From contig CAWHAA010000005.1 in NCBI GenBank assembly GCA_963827275.1, positions 128,001 to 192,000 of the forward strand: DNA of 64,000 nucleotides, written 5' to 3'. Numbering within the stretch: the first letter of the stretch is position 1; every line of letters begins with the position of its first letter. The notes beneath the pieces are model-generated. The model worked only from the letters and a program-made list of their open reading frames with translations, was not told the DNA's origin and made no database searches. This document shows positions 49,982 to 58,948 of the stretch, piece by piece. The position numbers and the translations under genes are program-made. Origin of the DNA: an uncultured Spirochaetota bacterium. Its GTDB lineage: Bacteria; Spirochaetota; UBA4802; UBA5550.

Positions 49982-50998
49982 CTACGTGCGGGCAATCTTT
50001 TCCATGAGCAGGCTGATAAAGTCGCCCATGTTTTCCAGCGCCGGCTTGATCTCGTATTCAAGGATGTCCGACAGGCTGATGATGTCGCCGTTTTCCATGA
50101 TTGTCGTCACTTCATGCAGGAGATCACGGAGGAGGCGGTTTTTCTGCTCCAGGCTCTCGCCGCCGACCTCGATCGCGGAGAGATCGACCCCGAACACCGG
50201 CGCCACCTGGTAACAGGTGCGGGTATACCGGTAGATGAAATCGGCAAAGTTCTTCAGCCGCTCCGACCCCTCTGCGTCTTTACCGGTCTGGTAGGCCACG
50301 GCCGCGGCCTGCAGGCCGGCAAGCTGCTCTCCGAGCTCTTCCCCGATCTGGCGGACCGACGAGATGAGGACATCGGGCGAATCAATGCTCCGTACAATCA
50401 GCGAGCGCATCTCGTCGCCCAGGATGAGCATCCTGAAGATCTGCCTGATGTCGGCAAAGACGTTCCTGTTGTCCCGGACCATCGTCATGATGCTGTCGCC
50501 GTCAGCGCCCGCGAGTCCGTCGCGGAATTCCTCAACCGTGCGTATGTGCCGCGACAGGTCGCGGTCCCCGTATTTCAAGAGCTTGTAATCAAGCCCGAGG
50601 AGGGAGCACACCCGCTCCAGTACCTCGAGGACCCAGGAAATACCGGCGACAAGGTCGTCAATGTCGCCCCGGCTGGAGGAACCGGACGCCAGCATGCCGT
50701 CCAGGTATGACGACGCCCGCTCACAGTAACGCGCCGCTTCTTCTACCGAGGAAAAAACTATGTCCGCCCTTGAATGCACGATGCAGTTAATGGCCTTCAC
50801 GCCGTCGAGGCCGATGTCGGGGGCGCCGTCCGCGGGATAGCGCTCATCATCCACGTAGAGCTCGGAAAAGACGAGGTCGCGCTCGCGGGTCCATTCCGCG
50901 ACCGATTTGACCACATCGGACACCTTCCCTTCCCGCTCCAGCTCGAAATCGACCGGGCAATCATTGATCAGGACTTCCACCGCGCACCTCTTCACCAT
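49982..50998 (-). CDS. Conserved hypothetical helical protein downstream of fliD
   Basis: ATG 3 bp after the fliD stop; C-terminal DIISLSDILEYEIKP. Confidence 0.8.
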   Translation of the reverse strand: MVKRCAVEVLINDCPVDFELEREGKVSDVVKSVAEWTRERDLVFSELYVDDERYPADGAPDIGLDGVKAINCIVHSRADIVFSSVEEAARYCERASSYLDGMLASGSSSRGDIDDLVAGISWVLEVLERVCSLLGLDYKLLKYGDRDLSRHIRTVEEFRDGLAGADGDSIMTMVRDNRNVFADIRQIFRMLILGDEMRSLIVRSIDSPDVLISSVRQIGEELGEQLAGLQAAAVAYQTGKDAEGSERLKNFADFIYRYTRTCYQVAPVFGVDLSAIEVGGESLEQKNRLLRDLLHEVTTIMENGDIISLSDILEYEIKPALENMGDFISLLMEKIART

Positions 50999-51001
50999 TG
51001 A

Positions 51002-53032
51002 TTATTCCTTCCCGCCGCCGGATCCCTTTTCCTGGCTGCCGAGCTGGTATTTCATCCACTGCTTCTGCGAATTTGTCTGGCTGATCGCCTGTTCCATCGC
51101 GGCGAATTTCCTTTTCAGCTTGTCCTGGTATGCTTTTATGTGCTCTTCTTTCTGCTTGATGTTCTCATCCGCAAGCTTGATGGAGTTTTCCTCGAGGTCG
51201 ATCTTCGCCGCGATGATGTTCTTGCCGGACCCGACATACGGCTTCAGGACGTACGCGAGCTTGACCGCCATCCCGTTGTCGGCCTTGCCGTCGCCGTCGG
51301 AATCAAAGCCGAAGAACTCCGCTACCCCGTCCGGGTTATCGGAGATCGTTTTTCTCAGCAGGGCCTCGTCCACCTTGAGCTTGCCGCTCTTGATCGTCTC
51401 CCAGTCGGCGTTGATGGCGCCGGTCGAGACTCCGATCTGCGACAGCATCCTGATCGGCTTGTCGGAGGGGCTCACGTAGGCGTCGGTAATCGTTGACTGC
51501 AGGATGCTCTGCAGCCGCATCAGGGTCATGTCGCCCACAAACAGGCCGGACTGGGAGAGCGCCTTTTCGAATTCCCCCGGCTTTTCCGATATCGCCGCCT
51601 TGGTGAGGTCGCGCTGAAAATCCAGGTACTTGTTATATGCATCCACGAACTTCTTGATCTTATCAACAGGCGCGTCCGCGTTATGCTCGATCCTGAGGCC
51701 TATTTCGTAGTCGGCCACGCGCTTGAGGGTGAGGTCCACTCCCCTGATGACATCGGCCAGGTTGTCGTTCCGGTCGCGGGTGACCTCGACGCCGTCCAGG
51801 GACAGCCGCGCGTCCTTCGGGGCGCCGATCACGTTCTTCATCGCGTACCAGTTCATCGCCTCCTTCGGGGTCGCAATACGCACGTTGGCAACGTCCATGG
51901 CGCCACTGTTGCAATAGAGGATGATCTTGCTTATGGCGCCCTTCTTGAAGTCCCTGCCGGCCTCTATCTTCGCCGTGCCGCTCGCGTCTTTCCCCAGCGG
52001 ATAGATGCGTTCCGTGCGCCGGCCCTTGTCCATCGACACAAGCCCGATCCCGATCAGGCTGTCAAACACCGCCTGGTCCTCTTTCTTTCCCTCGCGCTTC
52101 CGCTCGACGTTGTAGCCTTCGAGTATTATTCCCTTTATATTGATCTTCTCTTTGGGGCCCAGCCTGAGGCGCCTGGGGACCCCGAAATCGTCGCCCTTCT
52201 GCCCGCTGTAATTGACGTCGAATTCGATCATGGTATCCGGCTGGAGCGCGATCTCGACCGGGAGCGCATATTCGCGCCACACGAGGCCCTGGAGGCTCAC
52301 CGATCTCCCGCCGTCGCCGACCCGGATGCTGCCGTTTTCGGCGCCCGCTTTTTTTTCACCCATGTATGAGGTGAAATACCGCGCGTCAAAGGAGACCGCG
52401 ACCTCGGTTTTCCCCCCCTGCGCGTTGCCGTCCACGAGCCCGATCTTCGTGAGGAGGTCTTTGTCGCCGGTGAGCCTGATCTCCCCTTTCTCACCGGTCT
52501 TCTTCGACTGCAGGGTGAGCACGTAGGCGCTCCCGTCCTTGCGGATATATGAAGAAGCCACGAGCTCGGACGCCGTCTCCCTGATCTTTTCTTCAAGGTC
52601 CTTCAGCGTGCCGCCCTTGAAATTTATTGCCTGCGTTGCACCGTCAACCTCGATGGTGAACGTTCCCGCCGGCAGCGTTTCCTTCTCCTCCACCGGGTCC
52701 GTTGACACCTTGTGCGGCGAGGCCAGCTGCAGGATCTTTATCTTTTTGTCGCCGGTGTCGGCCTTCGACCCCGCCTTGGCGTCAAGGGCAGAGCTGTCAG
52801 AGGAAACCGCCTGCTTGTCGCTGAACGAGGAGCCGAAGCCGTAGAGGTCACGCGCAGAAGAATTGACGTCTTCAAGATACCTGCCCAGGGCCTTGAGACC
52901 TTCCTTGCGGTTTCCATGGTTCCTCTTCCTTATTTCAAGCTGCTGGATCGGCCTGGATTCGACATTGACCAGTTTTTCTATGATGGCATCGGTATCCATA
53001 CCTGATGCCATGCCGCTCATCGATATCGGCAT
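51002..53032 (-). CDS. fliD: Flagellar filament cap protein
   Basis: SGMASGMDTDAIIEKLV N-terminus, IKKFVDAYN, LSQIGVSTG and KFAAMEQAIS; spirochaete-type central insertion. Confidence 0.95.
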   Translation of the reverse strand: MPISMSGMASGMDTDAIIEKLVNVESRPIQQLEIRKRNHGNRKEGLKALGRYLEDVNSSARDLYGFGSSFSDKQAVSSDSSALDAKAGSKADTGDKKIKILQLASPHKVSTDPVEEKETLPAGTFTIEVDGATQAINFKGGTLKDLEEKIRETASELVASSYIRKDGSAYVLTLQSKKTGEKGEIRLTGDKDLLTKIGLVDGNAQGGKTEVAVSFDARYFTSYMGEKKAGAENGSIRVGDGGRSVSLQGLVWREYALPVEIALQPDTMIEFDVNYSGQKGDDFGVPRRLRLGPKEKINIKGIILEGYNVERKREGKKEDQAVFDSLIGIGLVSMDKGRRTERIYPLGKDASGTAKIEAGRDFKKGAISKIILYCNSGAMDVANVRIATPKEAMNWYAMKNVIGAPKDARLSLDGVEVTRDRNDNLADVIRGVDLTLKRVADYEIGLRIEHNADAPVDKIKKFVDAYNKYLDFQRDLTKAAISEKPGEFEKALSQSGLFVGDMTLMRLQSILQSTITDAYVSPSDKPIRMLSQIGVSTGAINADWETIKSGKLKVDEALLRKTISDNPDGVAEFFGFDSDGDGKADNGMAVKLAYVLKPYVGSGKNIIAAKIDLEENSIKLADENIKQKEEHIKAYQDKLKRKFAAMEQAISQTNSQKQWMKYQLGSQEKGSGGGKE

Positions 53033-53091
53033 ATTAAAGCCCTCCCTTGCTTATGTTGGCACTGTTTCTGCATACTTTTCCTGCATCACTA

Positions 53092-53115
53092 TTATCGACA
53101 TAATGTTGAAATTTA
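53092..53115 (-). promoter_or_regulatory. Possible sigma-28 (FliA) promoter of fliD
   Basis: TAAA-N12-GTCGATAA on the minus strand; the -10 is near consensus but the spacer is shorter than the enterobacterial N15. Confidence 0.4.
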
Positions 53116-53413
53116 ATGAGATTATTATAATAAAAACGAAAAATTTATTAACGCGGATAACCGGTGGGATCTCACCTGAAGCAGTAAATTATTGGCCGAT
53201 AACACTCAAAAAATGCTCAAAATTCATGAAATATTGAAGGTTTTTAACCTGGCACGCAGTTTTACACATAAAAAATGGAGGGAATTCCTCTGTAGGAATT
53301 ATTGCTTTCAATAGGCGGTTATTTCTGAAAGAGCATAGGTATCACCCGGGGGCATACCTGTCCCCTCCGAGCAAAAACAGCCTTTTTTTACCGAACCCGA
53401 GCCGCGATATCAG

Positions 53414-53770
53414 TTATCGCGATTCGTCAACCAGCATGCCCAGGAAATCCTGGATGTGCTCAAGGAGCTTGATCGCTTCCTTCGAAGGGATCTCCCGCAC
53501 CACCTCATTGGTCTCGTTATTCATGACCTTGACGATAATCCGCTGGGTCTTTTCATTAAACGAGAAGGACATCCGCTCATGAATGTCGCTCACCCCTTTG
53601 TTCAGCTGGTTCACCATGTCAGATATCTCACTGGTGGTGAGTTCCCTGTTGTTCTGCGCTGAAGACTTCGACACCGATTGCGCCGCGGCGTCCTGATCGG
53701 CCGTCTCGGTCTTCCTTGCGTACCTGCCGATCGCATCGATCGGTTCGTTTGTAACGCTCTTGATGTTCAT
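53414..53770 (-). CDS. flaG: Flagellar protein FlaG
   Basis: FSFNEKTQRIIVKV...EVVREIPSKE...GMLVDE; position between flagellin and fliD. Confidence 0.92.
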   Translation of the reverse strand: MNIKSVTNEPIDAIGRYARKTETADQDAAAQSVSKSSAQNNRELTTSEISDMVNQLNKGVSDIHERMSFSFNEKTQRIIVKVMNNETNEVVREIPSKEAIKLLEHIQDFLGMLVDESR

Positions 53771-53928
53771 CTGTTAACCTCCATGTTAACGGGATAACTC
53801 TCTCCCAACCTCCCTTTTAAAAAACAGCCCCTCCCCGGCGTCCGGAACCGGTAGCGCTCCCGTGCCGGCGACCGGAGAGGGACGGGGCGGTCCGCACTGC
53901 GAGGACGCCCCGTGTGAAGTAATGATCC

Positions 53929-54777
53929 TCATTCAAACAGCTTCATGATCAGCTTCGGCTTCGTGTTGGCCTGAGCCAGCATCGCCGCACTTGTCTGAAC
54001 AAGAATCTGGTCCTTTGTGAATTCAACCATTTCAGCCGCCATATCCGCGTCGCGTATCCGGGAATCGGCGGACATCATGTTCTCATATGTGTTTCGCCAG
54101 GGCATTTATCGTATTTTCCAGCCGGTTATAATACGCTCCAAGGTCTGCCCTCTGCCGATTCAGCCTGTCAAGGGCCGTATCGACATACCCTATCATCGCG
54201 TTTGCGCCGGCCACGGTTGATATCGTCCGCTTGTTGTTCCCCTCATTTACCAGGTTGAAGGCTTTCGAGCCGACGGTAGCGATATACACCCTGATCCGCT
54301 GATTCTGATTGGCTCCAACATGAAAAAACATGCTTCCGGCCTTGCTGTTCTTCGCAGAACTCTCCCCGGAGCATCTTCATCCTGTTGAATTCGGCGGAAG
54401 TGGCGATGCGGTCGATCTCGTCCACAAGCTGAGATACCTCAACCTGAATCTGGAACCGGTCGCTGGCTGGAATAAATTCCGTTCGCCGACTGGATCGAGA
54501 GGACTCTGATCCGCTGCATGATCTCGTTAAGCTGCTGGTATGACCCCTCCGCGACCTGGATAAAAGAGAGCCCGTTCTGGGCGTTCTTTTCAGCCTGGAC
54601 CAGGCCGTTGATCTGGGTACGCATCTTTTCAGATACGGCCAGACCGGTGGCGTCATCACCGGCACGGTTGATCAGCTCGCCGGACGAGAGCTTTTCCATG
54701 CTCTTGTCCAGACGGTTCCCCACCTCCGTCAATTGCCTGCTTGCGAATACGGCGCTCATGTTGTGATTGATTCTCAT
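53929..54777 (-). CDS. flaB: Periplasmic flagellin FlaB (three +1 frameshifts; 281 aa once corrected)
   Basis: MRINHNMSA...[26 protein letters not shown]...[13 protein letters not shown]...SRIRDADMA...MLAQAN. Confidence 0.92.
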
Positions 54778-55090
54778 TGGTTCCCTCCCTTGTTGTGGTC
54801 CGGGCCGCATTGTTGTGCGACACGGCCCGTGTTTTTCAACCGCCCCATCATGGTGCGGCGGGACCGCCCCGCGGTCCGAAGGTTGTCTCCTTGTCGTGCC
54901 GTCCTGACTGCCCATAATCATGACAACACCGGCGCCGGAAGTTCCGACAGCCGGTGATGCCCTCCCCGCATCACCGGCCGCCGGAGCAGCCGGGCGCAGG
55001 ACAGTCGTTCCGGCATCCGGAGGGATGAGAATCGCGCTGAATTTTCAAAGAACTTTGTTTTCTTTACTCTCGAGATCTGCCTCGGCACCG

Positions 55091-55943
55091 TTACGCACCG
55101 AGTAATTTTAATACTGATTGACCCTGGATATTGGCCTGCGCGAGCATTGCCGCGCCGGTACGAACGAGGATCTGGTTTTTTGAAAAACCGACCATCTCCT
55201 CGGCCATGTCGGCGTCGCGGATCCGCGATTCGGACGCCTGCGTATTTTCATACGCATTCATGAGCCCCTTCGCGGTCATCTCGAGCCTGTTGAAATACGC
55301 CCCGAGATCAGCCCGCTGTTTCGCAAGCCTCTGCAGTGCAGCATCCATGATCCCGATGGAGTCATTGGCACCGCCGGGGGCCGACAGCGAGATCAGCGAT
55401 CTTGCCGGTGCCGTCACGGAACTTGAGGGCCTGTGCCGTCATCGTCCCGATATACACCCGCTCGCGCTGGTCCTTGTTGGCCCCGAGGTGAAACCACATG
55501 CTCGCCTTGGGATTGGTCCGGGAATAGATCCCCGTCAGTACTTTAAACTTGTTAAACTCTGCCTGAGACGCGAGCCTGTCAACCTCATCGACAAGGGCGG
55601 AGACTTCCACCTGTATAAGCTGCCGGTCTTCATTTGAATAAATACCGTTTGCAGCCTGCACAGACAGAACCCTGACGCGCTGGATTATGGAAGAGGTCTG
55701 GTCGAGATACCCTTCGGCGGTCTGTATAAACGACATACCGTCTTCGGTGTTCCTCTCGGCCTGCCGCAGCCCCTGGATCTGTGTCCTCATTTTTTCAGAC
55801 ACGGCCAGTCCGGAAGCGTCATCTCCCGCTCTGTTGATCCTCAATCCGGATGAGAGTTTTTCCATGTTCTTCCCAATCTCCCATTCGTTGAACTTGAGTG
55901 ACCGGTTGGCATTGATCGCGCTCATGTTGTGATTAATAATCAT
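55091..55943 (-). CDS. flaB: Periplasmic flagellin FlaB (one +1 frameshift near 55397; 283 aa once corrected)
   Basis: [19 protein letters not shown]...[21 protein letters not shown]...[14 protein letters not shown]...[14 protein letters not shown]. Confidence 0.95.
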
Positions 55944-56166
55944 TTTACACTCCTTTGTGCGAAAAAGTATTCTGGCTTCCATGCTACCCGGTTTCGAGGG
56001 CGTCGGAACCGGATGAATACCACCAGTAAAAAAGGGCTGAAGCCTTACGCAACAGCCGGGGTCAGAGACATTCCAGGCTTGCATTTGGGCATATACAAGA
56101 CCGGAATACTCTTTTTACAGAATAGCCTTCCCAGTTTGAAACGTTTTCAAAGATCTCGTCGAGTAA

Positions 56167-56188
56167 AGTAGGGACACGTGTCCCTACT
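56167..56188. repeat. Perfect 22-bp palindrome, GTAG-type REP-like
   Basis: AGTAGGGACACGTGTCCCTACT. Confidence 0.6.
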
Positions 56189-56390
56189 CGAATTTTCGCC
56201 ACCTTTGGCTGCCGGATTGAGGACGATAGGAGGTTGTTATAATATATTATTTTCGTTTATTTGAAAATATGCTTAAATATCTACAAATAATATCTATATA
56301 TCTAATTTTTTGGATTTTTTATCAATTTTTTTAAGTTTTTTAATAAATAATAAAAAATCAGGAAAATAAATAGAGCAACATTAGTCAGTC

Positions 56391-56797
56391 AACAACCGAC
56401 CTTCCGTGTCCTCCGTGGTAAAACATGCAAACAGCACTTTCCCGGGCATGCAATATTCACCACGGAGGGCACCGAAGTCACGGAGCGCTTGCGGCTTATT
56501 TTCATTTGATCGCTCATTCACACTGGAGGCAAATAATCATTACATTTCGGGCAGAATTGAAAGACGCGGCGGCAATTAACAACCGATGCTCCGTGTCCTC
56601 CGTGGTGAAACATAAACACCGCATTATCCCGAGCATTACAATATTTGCCACAGAGGTCACCGAGGTCACGGAGCGCTTGCGGCTTATTTTCATTTGATCG
56701 CTCATTCACACTGGAGGCAAATAATCATTACATTTCGAGCGGGATTGAAAGACGCGGCGGTAATTATCAACCGACCCTCCGCATCCTCCGTGGTGAG
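56391..56797. repeat. Tandem repeat, ~2.2 units of 187-188 bp, each with an internal inverted repeat
   Basis: AACCGA starts at 56394, 56581 and 56769; a long identical block CGGAGCGCTTGCGGCTTATTTTCATTTGATCGCTCATTCACACTGGAGGCAAATAATCATTACATTTCG occurs at 56481 and 56669. Confidence 0.92.
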
Positions 56798-56872
56798 TAT
56801 CCGAAAAGCATCCTCCAGAGTTCTTCCATCATGGAAAACACCTCTCAATTGTCATGGGAGCATGAAATTATA

Positions 56873-56901
56873 TTGACGATACCGCTGGAAACAGGTATTA
56901 T
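56873..56901 (+). promoter_or_regulatory. Sigma-70 promoter of panB
   Basis: TTGACG-N17-TATTAT upstream of GAGG/ATG 56948. Confidence 0.65.
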
Positions 56902-56947
56902 CCTGTTATAGCTGCGCAGTATCAATCCATAACAATACGAGGACATC

Positions 56948-57784
56948 ATGAGACTGACCATTTCGTCGATCATGGAAATGAAACAGAAGAAGCAGAAGAT
57001 AGCCATGCTCACCGCGTATGACTTCTCGTTTGCGCCGGTACTCGACGCGGCTGGCATGGATATCATACTGGTCGGCGACTCCATGGCAAACGTGGTACTG
57101 GGCATGGAATCGACCACGGAAATAAGCCTCGACGAAATGATCAACCACAGCAGGGCGGTGGTCAAGGGTACGGAGCGCGCCCTGGTCATCGGCGACATGC
57201 CCTACTGCTCCTGCCAGGTGGACCCCGGGGAGGCGCTGCCGGCCGCACGGCGGTTCGTTGAAGAGGCCGGCTGCCAGGCCGTCAAGATAGAGTGGTTCGA
57301 CCGCGCGATCGAAGTGACGGAGCGCATAGTGCGCAGCGGCATCCCGGTCATGGGGCATATCGGCTTCACCCCGCAGACGGCCGACAAGCTCGGCGGCTCA
57401 ATCGTCCAGGGAAAGGACATCGACACGGCAAAGCGGCTCGTCGAACAGGCAAAGGCGTTTGAAGCTGCCGGCTGCTTCAGCATCGTCCTGGAATGCGTCC
57501 CCTGGCAGCTCGCGGAAATCATAACCGGCCTGCTGAAGATCCCCACGATGGGCATCGGCGCCGGCGCAGGCTGCGACGGGCAGGTACTGGTATTGAACGA
57601 TATGCTCGGTCTCTTCAAGCGCTTCAAGCCCAAGTTCGTAAAAATTTACGCTGACATCTACAGCGCCTCGCTGGAAGGGGTGCAGAGATACATGGATGAA
57701 GTAAAAAGCGGAGCCTTCCCCTCTGAAGCCGAGCGCTTTTCAATGAAGGAAGAGGAGTTCCAGAAGCTCAAGCAGCTTCTCTGA
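56948..57784 (+). CDS. panB: 3-methyl-2-oxobutanoate hydroxymethyltransferase
   Basis: LTAYD, LVGDS, GDMP, AVKIE, GHIGFTPQ, GIGAG..CDGQVLV. Confidence 0.97.
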   Translation: MRLTISSIMEMKQKKQKIAMLTAYDFSFAPVLDAAGMDIILVGDSMANVVLGMESTTEISLDEMINHSRAVVKGTERALVIGDMPYCSCQVDPGEALPAARRFVEEAGCQAVKIEWFDRAIEVTERIVRSGIPVMGHIGFTPQTADKLGGSIVQGKDIDTAKRLVEQAKAFEAAGCFSIVLECVPWQLAEIITGLLKIPTMGIGAGAGCDGQVLVLNDMLGLFKRFKPKFVKIYADIYSASLEGVQRYMDEVKSGAFPSEAERFSMKEEEFQKLKQLL

Positions 57785-58173
57785 CGATCCTCCACCGCAC
57801 CGGCCTCATGCGGCTCGCGTGGTTCATCGGGCGGTTTTCAGGATTTTAAAAAAAAACTGCTCATTTACAACCGGTAGCATGGAGAAAAAATGGGGGGGAT
57901 ATGAAACATTGTTGTTTGGGTAACACATTCATCCACTTCTGTTTCAAGGTGAAGTTGTTTATGCCACAAGTTGTAAAGAGCAGGATAACATTCTATCTCT
58001 CCCGCACTGATTGCTCATATGCGTGTCTGAAATGATTGTTAACGCTTGTAATATACCCATACTATGAAACAAAAAGCAATCCCTGAAAGTCCTACACGGA
58101 GGTGGGAAAAAACTCGATTATTTTTGTAGGTGAATTCCCCTACACGACTGCTGGGGATAAAAACGAGGTGAAA

Positions 58174-58830
58174 TCAGCGCGCCTGGTCGCCCGACTGGCT
58201 CCATTTGACGGCATAGAGCGCCAGTTCGCTCGAATCCTTTAATTTCAGCTTATCGATGATACGCGAGCGGTACGTTTCAACGGTCTTAACGCTGAGGGAT
58301 AGTTCCTGCGCGATATGGCGGTTTGACAGCCCCCTGCCGATGCGCTGGAACACGTCCATCTCCCGGTTCGTGAGGCTGTCGAGCGGCGAGCCCGCCGCGT
58401 CCGCGGGCAATGCGAGGAGCCTGCCCAGGAGCCTGTCCTTCAGCACATCGCTGACATAGATCTTCCCTTCGAGGATGTCGTGCAGGGCCTTCACCACCGT
58501 GTCCATCGATTCCTTTTTCATGATGTAACCCCGCGCGCCGGCCCTGATCGCGCGCTCCGCGTAAAAGTTTTCATCATGCATCGACAGGATGAGCACGGGA
58601 ATGTCGAAGCGGGACTTGACCGCGGCCGCAAGCTCGATCCCGCCGGCCCCCTTCATGGAGAGATCGGCAATGATGATATCCGGCGCGCGCTCATTGATGA
58701 GCCTGATTGCGCTCTCGGCGTCCTCCGCGTCCCCGCAGACGACGAAATCATCTTCGCCGTTGATAAACGCCGCGAGTCCCTGCCGCACCACGGGATGATC
58801 GTCAACGATGAGTACTTTCTTCTTTGCCAT
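58174..58830 (-). CDS. NarL/LuxR family response regulator
   Basis: IVDDHPVVRQG REC domain and LTNREMDV...LSVKTVETYR HTH. Confidence 0.94.
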   Translation of the reverse strand: MAKKKVLIVDDHPVVRQGLAAFINGEDDFVVCGDAEDAESAIRLINERAPDIIIADLSMKGAGGIELAAAVKSRFDIPVLILSMHDENFYAERAIRAGARGYIMKKESMDTVVKALHDILEGKIYVSDVLKDRLLGRLLALPADAAGSPLDSLTNREMDVFQRIGRGLSNRHIAQELSLSVKTVETYRSRIIDKLKLKDSSELALYAVKWSQSGDQAR

Positions 58831-58948
58831 GCATCCGACCTGTTTATTGAAAAACAATGGAGCAGAAACTGCCGGTGTCAATACATTTATTCGTCGCCCG
58901 CGGCCTGTCCGGCCGCATGCCGTCGTCGAACCGGGGATCCCCGCCGCG

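Noticed and set aside
53929..55943. Programmed frameshifting or phase variation of the flagellins
   Set aside because: The breaks are not in long homopolymers or slippery heptamers, and the same +1 pattern hits unrelated genes; sequencing error is more parsimonious.
56391..56797. CRISPR array
   Set aside because: Period of 187-188 bp, intervening sequences homologous to each other, only ~2 units, and no cas genes.
56425..56911. Short ORFs over the tandem repeat
   Set aside because: They are translations of the repeat in several frames, with no RBS or coding bias.
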